From assembly GCA_965222605.1 (NCBI GenBank), contig OZ244960.1, forward strand, positions 1,120,001 through 1,184,000: a DNA stretch of 64,000 nt, given 5' to 3'. The DNA is from Candidatus Latescibacterota bacterium (GTDB taxonomy: Bacteria > Latescibacterota > UBA2968). A program made the translations under genes and the position numbers. The notes beneath the pieces are model-generated. The model was not told where the DNA came from, did not search any database, and saw only the letters and a program-made list of their open reading frames with translations. Shown one piece after another: positions 18,228-28,092 of this stretch. Positions within the stretch are counted from its first letter, which is position 1. The number at the start of each line of letters is the position of its first letter.

Positions 18228-19256
18228 ATGTTAGAAGGATGTCATACAGCGTTAATCACACCCCTGACTGCTGACCAGGCCCTGGACCAGGACGGTCTGG
18301 AAAAACTGGTAGCATTTCAGATTTCTGAAGGGATTGACGGCCTTTTGGCCTGCGGCACGACGGCTGAGAGTCCAACCCTGAGCAGTGATGAACAAAGTTT
18401 GATTACGCGCGTGGTGTGCAGCCAGGCCAGAGAGCAGTGCCGTGCCATTGGGGGGGCGGGCAGCAACTCGACGGCAAAAACCTTAAAAGCGGCCGAATAC
18501 GCCGCGCAAGTGGGTGCGGACTCCATCCTGCTCGTCGATCCCTATTACAACGGGCCGAGTTCTCTGGAGATTCGCAAAGAATACGTCGAACCCGTAGCCC
18601 GAGCATTTCCCGAATTGGACATGATACCCTATGTCATACCCGGCCGGTCCGGCACGAAATTGCTCCCGGAAGATCTCGGCGTCTTGTCTTCCGAATACAA
18701 AAATGTGAATACCGTAAAAGAGGCCACAGGCGATTTGGACAACATGGCGCGCACCCGCGAATGTTGTGGCGATGCGTTCTCGATCATGTCGGGTGACGAC
18801 GACAAAACATTTGACATGATGACCATCGGCCAGATTGACGCCGCGGGCGTAATCAGCGTAATATCCAATGTGGCACCCGGGCCTGTGACAAAAATGGTAC
18901 ACGCTCTCCAAAGCGGGGATATGGACGAAGCGGACCGCCTGCACGCCGCATTGAAGCCCTTATTTGGGATGGTCGGCGTTGTGTCTGAAGAACAAACACC
19001 TTATGGTGTGACAGAAGTCAAGGCGCGCAATCCATTGCCGATAAAAACCCTGATGAATATTTTGGGCATGCCAGCCGGGCCGTGCCGCCAGCCATTGGGA
19101 AAAATGAATCGCGCCGGACTGGATATCGTGCTGGGCATTGCCCGCGAAGTACAGGCCAATAGCCCAGAGGTATTTGCACCCGTAGCGTCATTTTTTGGTA
19201 CAGACGTGGCGCAACGCCTGAACGATGATTCGGTAATAGAAGGACTGGCTTACTGA
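18228..19256 (+). CDS. dapA: 4-hydroxy-tetrahydrodipicolinate synthase
   Basis: GTTAESPTL, GAGSNST, PYYN, YVIPGRSG, VKEATG, SGDD; RBS GGAGG. Confidence 0.92.
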   Translation: MLEGCHTALITPLTADQALDQDGLEKLVAFQISEGIDGLLACGTTAESPTLSSDEQSLITRVVCSQAREQCRAIGGAGSNSTAKTLKAAEYAAQVGADSILLVDPYYNGPSSLEIRKEYVEPVARAFPELDMIPYVIPGRSGTKLLPEDLGVLSSEYKNVNTVKEATGDLDNMARTRECCGDAFSIMSGDDDKTFDMMTIGQIDAAGVISVISNVAPGPVTKMVHALQSGDMDEADRLHAALKPLFGMVGVVSEEQTPYGVTEVKARNPLPIKTLMNILGMPAGPCRQPLGKMNRAGLDIVLGIAREVQANSPEVFAPVASFFGTDVAQRLNDDSVIEGLAY

Positions 19257-19276
19257 TAGTTTTTTTGGGAGCAATT

Positions 19277-20083
19277 ATGATTAAGGTGGGTATCTGTGGT
19301 ATTGCCGGGCGGATGGGACAGCGAATATCTCATCTGACCCTCGAAGCCGAAGGATTGGATTTGGGCGGCGGTGTCGAATTTGCAGGTCATCCCGTAATCG
19401 GAAAAGACATTGGCGAAGTCATAGGCGTTCCTCTCAAAGGTATATCAGTAGTGGATACGGTCGAGGCGATGGCGAACAATGTCGATGTAATCACGGCATT
19501 CACCGCGCCCCCCGACCCGACAGTTGTCGCAGCAGAAATAGCGGGACGTGCTGGTGTGCCGATGGTCATTGGCACAACGGGTTTGTCTCCCGATCAGGTA
19601 GAGACCATGACACAGGCCCTGAAAAATGTCGCCTGTGTATTTGCGCCCAATTTCAGCGTGGGAGTAACGGTGCTGGTACAACTCGTAGAAGAAGCCGCGC
19701 GCATTCTGGGCGGCGATTACGATGCAGAAATCGTCGAAGCACACCACCGGTTTAAAACCGATGCGCCTTCGGGAACAGCTTACGCACTGGCCGAAGCCGC
19801 AGCAAGGGGATTGGATCGCAACTTGCAAGAGGTGGGTGTATATGGTCGCCATGGCGATACGGGCGCGCGGACACGCGAAGAAATCGGCGTACACGCCATT
19901 CGCGCCGGCGATATTGTCGGCGAACACACAATCATGTTTGGGGGCATTGGAGAAACCATCGAACTCGTCCATCGCGCTCAAAGTCGCGATACATTCGCCT
20001 CCGGCGTGATTCGGGCCATCCCCTTTGCCGTCGAAGCCGACCCGGGGATGTATGACATGCGCGATGTATTGGGATTGAGGTGA
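19277..20083 (+). CDS. dapB: 4-hydroxy-tetrahydrodipicolinate reductase
   Basis: GIAGRMG, GTTG, EAHHRFKTDAPSGTA, GDIVGEH. Confidence 0.95.
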   Translation: MIKVGICGIAGRMGQRISHLTLEAEGLDLGGGVEFAGHPVIGKDIGEVIGVPLKGISVVDTVEAMANNVDVITAFTAPPDPTVVAAEIAGRAGVPMVIGTTGLSPDQVETMTQALKNVACVFAPNFSVGVTVLVQLVEEAARILGGDYDAEIVEAHHRFKTDAPSGTAYALAEAAARGLDRNLQEVGVYGRHGDTGARTREEIGVHAIRAGDIVGEHTIMFGGIGETIELVHRAQSRDTFASGVIRAIPFAVEADPGMYDMRDVLGLR

Positions 20084-20123
20084 GAGAAAGGTAAGACGTA
20101 AAACATAAAAGAGGAGGAAGTTC

Positions 20124-22031
20124 ATGAGTGTTGATGTGCATGCGGCATTTGATGCCGGACAAACCCTTGCTGTGGCAGATCGGATTTTGATTTCACCACA
20201 GGCGGGTTCTTTGCAGAGCCGCGTAGATGAACTCTTAGACGCAATTACAAATAGCGGGGCCTCTGGCGATTTGATTTGCAGAACATTGGTTCAGCTGGGC
20301 ATGAATTTTGTCGGACGCGATGCCGAGATTGTTGGATATGGTGCTGATGAAATAGACGCAGCACTCGACAATGTGTTGGGCGCGCTCGATAATTTGGAAG
20401 GCGATCACGCCACAGGTGTTGTAAATGGCTTTTTGGCCGACATGAAATCCGTGAATCTGGCCGATAGTCTTTCGGGATTATTGGCCGAGCGGATTGAGTC
20501 AAACCTGGACGCTGGCAATCCCGCCCGATCATTTCTGGAATTGCTCAAAGCCAATATGCGCGGCGGTGTGTATTGGCAAATGATCGGTGAAAATGTCTGT
20601 AAATTTGGCAATGACTTTGCGCGAGGTCTGGAGTACTTGCGACACTATGGCTTCTGTCAGGTCTCCACAAACCCGGTATTGGCTGCCAAAGCATTTGACG
20701 AAGATCCCTCGCTGGACGATGAACTCAAATCAGAGATCGCCAGACACGAAGAGTGGAAGGCCGATCCCGAAAAATATGCCGATGACATTGTAATGGCTGC
20801 CACACTGATTGCGCTGTGGCCCAATCTTTCAATCTTTCGGCCCCTGGCGATGCACACGGGACTAAAAGACTACATGGTGAGTTTTCAACTCAATCCCAAT
20901 ATCGCAGATCAGGCCGATGCCAGCATTGAAGATGCGCGCAACGCATATCGCATTGCCGATGATTATTTGAAAGGATATGACAAATTATTGGGCGTCAGTA
21001 ATATAACCCTGGATCCCAATATCGTATTCAAGGTCGGCGGTGGACACGAAGCCGCACGAAAAATCACGACCGTACTCAACAGCGAAGGCATTGGCACAAA
21101 TAACACAGTCGTTTACACAGTTGCCCAGGAAGTGCAACTCGTCATCGATGCATTTGAGGGCAAAGCCAGAGCGGCGCAGGCGGGTAAGCAAGTGGTGAGA
21201 ACTTATGAAACGAATATGGGAGGGCGGTTTGTAAGCCATTTGCGCGAAGTAGAAGCCGAAAAACTATTCGGCGCATTATCAGAAGATCGCGCCAGTGAAT
21301 TGCTCGCCGAACTCGCTTCTGATCTGGAAGTCGATATACCCGAAGGGACATTGGTCGAACAATCGACTGAAATATGTTCTTATGCCCACTTGAAATCGCT
21401 GGATCATCCGGTAATCTTAAAAGTTGCCGAAGCGGCCGGTCAGTCTTCAGAGGCAATTGTGCAACTCGAAGCCGATCTAAAAAAAGCGGGAACGGTCATT
21501 GCGCGGCGCGTACATTGGATTTTTTACGCGCCTGAAAATCGCCCCAAATGGGTTGCCTACTTGTCGGACACCTACGGTTTACCAGAAGATCAGGCACAGT
21601 GGATTTTGGCGTCAATGGATGTGTTGCCCGCGTCCAAGCGCGTTCCCGATGACACGCTTCACGCACTGGGCGAAAATATGTGCCATACAGAATTTCCCAA
21701 TCATCAACGCGCCGTTCAACTCGTCTCAGAAGAACCCGATTTTGACCTGGACGAACTCAGGGGATCAATCGGTCATGAATACGAACCCGGCGTGGCACAG
21801 CGACTTTATGAATTGCCCGATTTTCAGAAGGGCTACGATCTGACGCCCTCGCTGAGGGATTTTCTCGAGAACGAAGTTCAAATTGATCTGAGTGGCTGGC
21901 AGACGCGGGGCATGGAACCCGGTGACTGGCCCGAATTTGGATCGGTTCAAAAAACCACCACTGAGTTCAAAGCCGCGTATGACGCATTTTTGGTGCGGTG
22001 TGTTGACCTGGCCAAAGAAGTTACTGGATAG
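20124..22031 (+). CDS. Transaldolase-family protein with long N-terminal extension
   Basis: VSTNP motif, NIVFKV Schiff-base Lys, GIGTNNTVVY; 635 aa. Confidence 0.7.
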   Translation: MSVDVHAAFDAGQTLAVADRILISPQAGSLQSRVDELLDAITNSGASGDLICRTLVQLGMNFVGRDAEIVGYGADEIDAALDNVLGALDNLEGDHATGVVNGFLADMKSVNLADSLSGLLAERIESNLDAGNPARSFLELLKANMRGGVYWQMIGENVCKFGNDFARGLEYLRHYGFCQVSTNPVLAAKAFDEDPSLDDELKSEIARHEEWKADPEKYADDIVMAATLIALWPNLSIFRPLAMHTGLKDYMVSFQLNPNIADQADASIEDARNAYRIADDYLKGYDKLLGVSNITLDPNIVFKVGGGHEAARKITTVLNSEGIGTNNTVVYTVAQEVQLVIDAFEGKARAAQAGKQVVRTYETNMGGRFVSHLREVEAEKLFGALSEDRASELLAELASDLEVDIPEGTLVEQSTEICSYAHLKSLDHPVILKVAEAAGQSSEAIVQLEADLKKAGTVIARRVHWIFYAPENRPKWVAYLSDTYGLPEDQAQWILASMDVLPASKRVPDDTLHALGENMCHTEFPNHQRAVQLVSEEPDFDLDELRGSIGHEYEPGVAQRLYELPDFQKGYDLTPSLRDFLENEVQIDLSGWQTRGMEPGDWPEFGSVQKTTTEFKAAYDAFLVRCVDLAKEVTG

Positions 22032-22080
22032 GCATAAGGCAGATAGCAGCGGGGATGAGGCCGTTCCCCCAGAATTCGTA

Positions 22081-22650
22081 TTACTTATCCCCGCTTTTCA
22101 TCTGTGCGTCTAAAATAGCACCTATTCCTTCCCGATTCTCGACGCGTACAAAATACGATTCTTCGTGCCCTTCTGCCGAAAGCACCATCACATCCCGCAT
22201 ATTTTCGCCGCTCTCATCCCTCTGTTGCTCCAATCGCCACATCATCACATATTCTGTTCCCGGATCGCGTTGCCAGGGCACCAGGGGATCTACATCAACC
22301 AGCTTTCGAGGTTCTGCCCCACTAAAGTCTGCGCCTGTAGCAGTATGCACGGTAAACTTAATCTGTCCATTGCGCGTATCGTAAACCACCTGCCCTTTTT
22401 CCGAAAAATTTCGTTGGATATGAGGCTCCATCACCGCCAGTGAATACGTACTGTCGCTGAGCACGAGAATTGTAATTTCTCGCTCCAGATCATCTTCTCC
22501 ACGCCGCCCGGTCTCGCTCCCTGCATACATAAACCAGGCGCCCATTGGCGTGTCCAATTTTTGTCGCGTCCCAATCTGCTCTTTCTTCTTCTGCTCGCCA
22601 GCGCATCCAGCGATCAGACACAATAATACCACACCCAATACCTGTTTCAT
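22081..22650 (-). CDS. Hypothetical lipoprotein
   Basis: MKQVLGVVLLCLIAGC lipobox after a GGAGGG RBS. Confidence 0.7.
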   Translation of the reverse strand: MKQVLGVVLLCLIAGCAGEQKKKEQIGTRQKLDTPMGAWFMYAGSETGRRGEDDLEREITILVLSDSTYSLAVMEPHIQRNFSEKGQVVYDTRNGQIKFTVHTATGADFSGAEPRKLVDVDPLVPWQRDPGTEYVMMWRLEQQRDESGENMRDVMVLSAEGHEESYFVRVENREGIGAILDAQMKSGDK

Positions 22651-22720
22651 AAACCCTCCATATATAAAAGCGGCCCAAACAAAAATTTGGACCGCTCGCC
22701 TGTTTTCCGTGTAATGTACA

Positions 22721-23875
22721 CTACCCTCCAAATGCTTCTCTAACGCGATCAAAAAAACCTTTTCCACCCTCTGGCGGCTGTATGTTTTCCAATTTGGCAA
22801 GCCTGGCAAACAACTCCTCTTCCTCCCGGCTCAATTTTGCCGGCGTCCAGACCGCCACGCGCACGAGTTGATCGCCCGTGCGATATCCATCCAATTCGGG
22901 AATGCCCTTGCCTCGCAATCTAAAAATTCGCCCCGATTGTGTACCCGCAGGGATCTTCATACTCACGCGACCGGTCAGGGTTGGCACTTCTATATCTGCC
23001 CCCAGAGATGCCTGGCTAAAACTGATGGGCAAATCGTACACAATATCGTTACCGTGTCTTTCAAAATATTCGTGTTCTTCTTCTTCGACAAAGACCATAC
23101 AATCGCCCGCTGGTCCGCCATTTGGCCCTGCATTGCCCTGCCCCCGCAACGGAATATAATTGCCTTCGGAAATACCCGCGGGGATATTGACCGAAAGATC
23201 CTTTTGCTTCTTCACTCGCCCCTGCCCCTGACAACTGCCACATCGCTCCCGCACCACGTTCCCACTGCCATTGCACTGCGGGCAGGTTGTGACATTGACA
23301 AACTGTCCAAACAGGGAGCGCGTGGCCTGCCGAATCTGTCCCACGCCACCACACATATCGCATGTTACGGGCGCACTTCCCGGTTTTGCCCCAGCACCTC
23401 CGCACGTATCACAGGTTTCCAAACGCGATAGCCGAATGGTTTTTTGAGCGCCCTCGGAAATCTCCTCTAAGGTCAAACTAATCGAAATCCTCAAGTCCTC
23501 ACCGCGATTTGACCGCCGTGGGCTGCGCCGGCCAAACAAATCGCCAAAGATACCTCCGCCAAAGATCTCATCCAGATTGGAAAAAATATCTTGAAAATCA
23601 CCGGCGTGCGAAAAGTCTGACCACTGAAAGCCACCGCCCCGGAAGGTACTGCTAACACCTTCGTGCCCAAAGCGGTCATACGCCTGTCGCTTTTGTGCAT
23701 CCATCAGCACTTCATAAGCCTCGGCGCCTTCTTTGAACATTTCCTCTGATTGTGGATTGTCCTTATTGCGATCCGGGTGATATTTCAGCGCGTGCTTGCG
23801 ATAAGCCTTCTTAATCTCATCTTCTGAAGCCCCGCGATCCACCCCCAGTATTTCGTAATAATCTCTTTTGGCCAT
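22721..23875 (-). CDS. dnaJ: Chaperone DnaJ
   Basis: J domain with HPD, G/F region, four CxxCxGxG repeats. Confidence 0.97.
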   Translation of the reverse strand: MAKRDYYEILGVDRGASEDEIKKAYRKHALKYHPDRNKDNPQSEEMFKEGAEAYEVLMDAQKRQAYDRFGHEGVSSTFRGGGFQWSDFSHAGDFQDIFSNLDEIFGGGIFGDLFGRRSPRRSNRGEDLRISISLTLEEISEGAQKTIRLSRLETCDTCGGAGAKPGSAPVTCDMCGGVGQIRQATRSLFGQFVNVTTCPQCNGSGNVVRERCGSCQGQGRVKKQKDLSVNIPAGISEGNYIPLRGQGNAGPNGGPAGDCMVFVEEEEHEYFERHGNDIVYDLPISFSQASLGADIEVPTLTGRVSMKIPAGTQSGRIFRLRGKGIPELDGYRTGDQLVRVAVWTPAKLSREEEELFARLAKLENIQPPEGGKGFFDRVREAFGG

Positions 23876-23935
23876 TGACCTTTCCCATCGACAAACATGT
23901 AAAAAGAGCCGCACAGTTGCGACCCTGTTCATAGT

Positions 23936-24595
23936 CTAACTTTTGTCTGCTTCCTCGCCCCCTTCCGGGGTCTCCTGTGTGGGTTTGCCCTGGCTTACCA
24001 CCACTTTGGCCGGACGCAACACCTTATCGCCCAGGCTATATCCTTTTTCAATCTCATCTGAGACAATACCGGCATCGTGAATTTCCGATGGCATTTGCAT
24101 CAATGCTTCATGCACAGTAGGATCAAATGGTTTGCCAATCGTCTCAATTTCTTTCAAATTGCGATTGTAGAGCACGCGAGGAAATTGCTCCATAATCATT
24201 TTTATGCCTTCTTGAAACCCCTCCGACTCTGTATCCCCATTTTCGCTGTGTGCCAATGCGCGACCAACACCATCTAAAATGGGCAATAAATCGCGAATCA
24301 CATCTTCGCTGGCAGATTGTACAAGAGTCTCAAATTCTCGCGCCCTGCGTTTTTTGTAATTTTCAAACTCAGCGGCGAGGCGTATCCACCGATCTTTGTA
24401 CATTTCGGCTTCTTCGCGGGCCAAAAATAATGGGGTAGCCTCTATCTTCTCCTTTGGCTCCTCCAACTGATCGGCCTCACCATTAACTTCATCTTTCGCC
24501 ACCTCTGACTCTACCTCCTCCACATCTGTATCTTCAACTTCCACAACTTCTTCTTCCAACGGTGGTTCTTCTTTTTTTTCTTTCTTATGCGCCAT
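23936..24595 (-). CDS. grpE: Nucleotide exchange factor GrpE
   Basis: AEFENYKKR, LLPILD, FDPTVHEA, GYxLxDKVLRPAKVVV. Confidence 0.95.
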   Translation of the reverse strand: MAHKKEKKEEPPLEEEVVEVEDTDVEEVESEVAKDEVNGEADQLEEPKEKIEATPLFLAREEAEMYKDRWIRLAAEFENYKKRRAREFETLVQSASEDVIRDLLPILDGVGRALAHSENGDTESEGFQEGIKMIMEQFPRVLYNRNLKEIETIGKPFDPTVHEALMQMPSEIHDAGIVSDEIEKGYSLGDKVLRPAKVVVSQGKPTQETPEGGEEADKS

Positions 24596-24620
24596 GATTT
24601 TTCAACAACTCCTCAAAAAA

Positions 24621-25009
24621 TGTCGCAGGAGACCCCTGATGAAAGCGCGAGGATGAATGTGCGAGCACGCGAGCACGCGGTCATGAATGCGACGATTAAA
24701 ATGATTGACACACCGCAAAAATGTGAATATCCTACTATTCACAGATTCCAGAAGTTCTGCACGAAATACCCTATCTCCAGTGCAGGTAAAATCTGTATGG
24801 TCAAGCCACAAATATAAGGTGGTTTGAATATAATGACCTGTCTGTATTGACAGGTATCTGGGTTATCCCAGTAGTGGGTGTCCGGCGCACCCCGCAGTCT
24901 TGGCTTAATCGCCATACGGTCTGCAAAGCCGCAAGTTCTCGAAAAGTAGTCCCTGAAGTTTAAGGGCTACCTCCGGAATCCTGCGACTTTAGTCGTGGGA
25001 GCACGTCGA
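24621..25009 (+). mobile_element. Non-autonomous IS200/IS605-like element (no tnpA/tnpB) with a structured RNA region
   Basis: Right-end-like GGAATCCTGCGACTTTAGTCGTGGGAGCACGTC; left-end-like GTCGCA...GGATGAAT...TGCGAC; no credible ORF. Confidence 0.6.
24705..24733 (+). promoter_or_regulatory. Sigma70-type promoter inside the element, antisense to the hrcA-grpE operon
   Basis: TTGACA-17 nt-TATCCT; the -10 lies in the loop of the inverted repeat TGTGAATA/TATTCACA. Confidence 0.55.
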
Positions 25010-26035
25010 TTATCTGCGATCCAACATCTCTTCTGTCAGATTTGCCATATACTGCACCAGGGGAACGAGCCGTCCATAGGGCAATCGCGTTGGCCCAATA
25101 ATTCCAATAACACCCGACACATTGCCCACCGAATACGTAGAAGTCAGCAAACTGCAATCCTTGAGCGCAGGCGATTCGTGTTCATCGCCAATCGTGATAG
25201 AAATACCCGCATCGCGCGTGCGGTCACTCAACAAATGCGCCACGTATTCACGAGCTTCCAGCATGCCAATCAGCCCGGCCAGGCGTTCACTGGAAAAATC
25301 GGGCTGACCAAAAAAGTTGCGCGTGCCATCCATATGCAGATCGGCACTGCTCGGAAATCTGAATAGATGATCGGCACTATTGGCAAGCAAACGCAACAGC
25401 TTGGGAGACCCGGACGATGCAGACGCAAGCCGTTCTTTAACAGATGCCATAATCTCGCCTATCGTAAGCCCAGAAAGCCGCTGGTTGACCACCCGCCGCG
25501 TTTCTTTCAACTCATCCTCTTCAATTTCTGAGTCGATTTCGACAACCATAGTCTTGACCAGTCCAGACCGAATGGTCATCACCATCAGCAGCTTGGACTC
25601 GCTCAATTTAAGCATTTCTAAACGCTCAAAAATGCCCTGGGTGAATTGGGGTCCAAGTGCAATGCCCAGATTGTGCGATACATCGGCCAAAACTCTGGAC
25701 ACTTGTACCAGTAAATCGTCGGCGTTGCCCTCTCGCAAACGCTCAACACTATCCCGAATAGACCGCTGTGCAGCCTCGGCGAGTTCCTCCCGATTCATCA
25801 ACATATCGACATAGTACCGATACCCCTTATCGCTCGGCACTCTACCCGCCGAAGTATGAGGCTGATACAAATAGCCTTTTTCTTCGAGATCGGCCATCGA
25901 GTTGCGAATAGTTGCCGCGCTGAGTCCCAAATCCATCTTGGAAACTGTGCGCGACCCCACCGGCTCGCCTGTCGTGACATAAGTGCCAATCAAAATGTCG
26001 AGAATTGCTTTTTCCCGAGGTGTCAGTTCGGTCAT
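25010..26035 (-). CDS. hrcA: Heat-inducible transcription repressor HrcA
   Basis: GEPVGSR, SAATIRNSMADLEEKGYLYQPHTSAGRVPSDKGYRYYVD, IIGPTRLPY. Confidence 0.97.
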   Translation of the reverse strand: MTELTPREKAILDILIGTYVTTGEPVGSRTVSKMDLGLSAATIRNSMADLEEKGYLYQPHTSAGRVPSDKGYRYYVDMLMNREELAEAAQRSIRDSVERLREGNADDLLVQVSRVLADVSHNLGIALGPQFTQGIFERLEMLKLSESKLLMVMTIRSGLVKTMVVEIDSEIEEDELKETRRVVNQRLSGLTIGEIMASVKERLASASSGSPKLLRLLANSADHLFRFPSSADLHMDGTRNFFGQPDFSSERLAGLIGMLEAREYVAHLLSDRTRDAGISITIGDEHESPALKDCSLLTSTYSVGNVSGVIGIIGPTRLPYGRLVPLVQYMANLTEEMLDRR

Positions 26036-26118
26036 TGCGCGTCTCTCTTCACCTGGAAGAACAGAAAAAAATAGCCTATCCGCATTGATACAAACCGAAT
26101 ATGCGAAACAGTTTAGTT

Positions 26119-26147
26119 ATGATATAGGAAGACCCACCGATTGTCAA
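26119..26147 (-). promoter_or_regulatory. Sigma70-type promoter of hrcA-grpE-dnaJ
   Basis: Minus strand TTGACA-17 nt-TATCAT. Confidence 0.6.
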
Positions 26148-26155
26148 GCCCCATC

Positions 26156-26193
26156 AAAAAACGGGCTGGCCGACTTATCTGACCAACCCGTTT
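26156..26193 (-). terminator. Intrinsic terminator
   Basis: Minus strand AAACGGGTTGG...CCAGCCCGTTTTT. Confidence 0.6.
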
Positions 26194-26222
26194 CCGATCT
26201 CAGACATGCTTATTTTTTAATT

Positions 26223-27842
26223 TCAACCCACGGGCTTGCCAAAAGCATTGGCAAATATCAAAAAGTCTGAAAATGCGACTGTACCATCCCCGTCCAAATC
26301 AGCAGCAGCATTGTATCCCGGTCCCCCCTCGCTCGTGCCGAAAGCAGCGACAAAGAGCAAGAAATCGGAGAAATCGACATCCCCGTCACTATCCAGGTCA
26401 GCGCTGGGTGTCTGAGAAGGTGCCTGGCGTATCACGATTAAAGCTTGAATTGCGGTCTCGGAAAGAGGAACTCCGAGAAAGGAAACAGTATCACCCGCCA
26501 TCAGATCGGTAATAGGGAAAAAAAGTTTGGCGAGATCCTCAACATTGCCAGAAAAAAATATTGAGATAATATCCTCAACATTCGTCTGATCGAGGGTAAT
26601 CATCAGAGCCTGTGAGACATCCACGCGCACCTGCTGATCATTGCGTTGAATGAAAAACGAATTATTTTCCACATCTACACTTTGAACGCTCACCTCTCGA
26701 ATGTCAACGGGTTCCAGCTCCGTTTGCAGCATGACCTGTAAATCAGTTACACTGGCACCATCGACAACCTGAATCAGTGTCGAGGGATCAACCCCTCCCA
26801 TTATATTAATTCCCACAAAAGCACCTAACACAACCGTGTTTCCCTGTGCATCCATAACCTCTTGATTCAGAGCCAGTGCATAAGACCCATCCGGCACATG
26901 TTTCAACTCAAACGCCAGTTGTTCTGGGAAGGATTCCAATACACTGAGATTGGCAACGCGAACAATGGCACGCTCGAACGGGTCAGTTCCATCACTTTCC
27001 GTCAGAGCTTTTGAATATAATTCAGAATCAATCAGCACCGCTACACCAGGTGTATCGGACAACGTAACACCCTCGGGCAAAATACCCACGCCGGAAACAA
27101 CGGCATCTGAAAGTTCCACTGTGCCCAAAAAATACTGATGTAGTTCAGAAATATTTGGAATCGACTCGAAATCCGAAATGCCAATAAGCACCTGATAGGT
27201 CGTTCCCTCGGGCAAATTAACGCTGCCCTTCAGTTTCATGGGATCGCTGGTATCTGGTGCAATTGCAAACAATCCAATTGGAAATGAGGTGACAACCCCC
27301 ACATTTTCAATATTGATCCCCCCTGCTGGGTTAGGCGTTACCCCCTCTAAAGGGACATTAAATGTAATCTCAAACTGCTGCATCCCACTCGGCACGGGCG
27401 GATTCTTCACATCTTCCTGAAGCGTCACACCGCCAATCACAAACGAAGTCAAGGCAGGCATAATAGGTTGCTGTTGTACAAAACTATTGGGATCGCCGGG
27501 ATTTGTCACCTGAATGCTCGCATCTGTCATACCATCGCCATCCGGATCACCCAATTCCTGACCATTGGACACGCCATCGCCATCTGAGTCGAGCATTGCG
27601 AGCATGGCATTCCATTGAACGACGCCAGTGCGACCACTCGGCATGAGATAATTGTTCTCGATAGCCATACCAAAAGGCGTGCGAGGCCCACCTCCGCCTG
27701 GGTTCACATGGCACGAAGCGCACCCGAGCGCACGACCATTGGGTATCTGATCTACCCGCGCTGGACGGGCATCGGCCTGTCCCCATCCAATAAAAACAAT
27801 GACCAGGACAGCAAGCAATCTATAAGACTTTAATCGCGACAT
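26223..27842 (-). CDS. Secreted multidomain protein: temptin-like/CxxCH domain, beta-rich middle, C-terminal dockerin/EF-hand-like module
   Basis: Signal peptide ending ADA; IPNG..CASCH..GGGPRTPFG..W..LDSDGDGVSNGQELGDP..NPG; C-terminal DLDSDGDVDFSDFL/DLDGDGTVAFSDFL. Confidence 0.75.
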   Translation of the reverse strand: MSRLKSYRLLAVLVIVFIGWGQADARPARVDQIPNGRALGCASCHVNPGGGGPRTPFGMAIENNYLMPSGRTGVVQWNAMLAMLDSDGDGVSNGQELGDPDGDGMTDASIQVTNPGDPNSFVQQQPIMPALTSFVIGGVTLQEDVKNPPVPSGMQQFEITFNVPLEGVTPNPAGGINIENVGVVTSFPIGLFAIAPDTSDPMKLKGSVNLPEGTTYQVLIGISDFESIPNISELHQYFLGTVELSDAVVSGVGILPEGVTLSDTPGVAVLIDSELYSKALTESDGTDPFERAIVRVANLSVLESFPEQLAFELKHVPDGSYALALNQEVMDAQGNTVVLGAFVGINIMGGVDPSTLIQVVDGASVTDLQVMLQTELEPVDIREVSVQSVDVENNSFFIQRNDQQVRVDVSQALMITLDQTNVEDIISIFFSGNVEDLAKLFFPITDLMAGDTVSFLGVPLSETAIQALIVIRQAPSQTPSADLDSDGDVDFSDFLLFVAAFGTSEGGPGYNAAADLDGDGTVAFSDFLIFANAFGKPVG

Positions 27843-28054
27843 AAACAATCCTCCTGAAGAGGGTAATAAATGGAGACAACACGACGTTGCGTCTCATCTT
27901 CGGAAAATGTAGAGCATGTCCCATTGAAAGGCAACCGCTTTCTCAGTAAAAAAATTGTCTTGCAACTTATAGAGAAATGTTTATAATTGAACCTTGTTTT
28001 TTTATCATTTGTCTATAATTGGATCTTGTCTTAGGGGCATCATCGCCCGACTGT

Positions 28055-28092
28055 GTAACACATATTTAATACATGAGAAATCACGCTGAAAC
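28055..28092 (+). promoter_or_regulatory. Possible OmpR-type GlnR-box-like operator upstream of glnA
   Basis: GTAAC-n6-TTAAT-n6-GAAAT-n6-GAAAC at an 11-bp period. Confidence 0.4.

Noticed and set aside
24587-24817. Short ORFs in the hrcA-grpE spacer as tnpA/tnpB remnants
   Set aside because: No HUH, RuvC or zinc-finger motifs in the translations.
24840-25009. IscB/HEARO RNA on the minus strand
   Set aside because: Lacks recognisable HEARO core motifs and there is no iscB; orientation and promoter fit a TnpB-type right end better.
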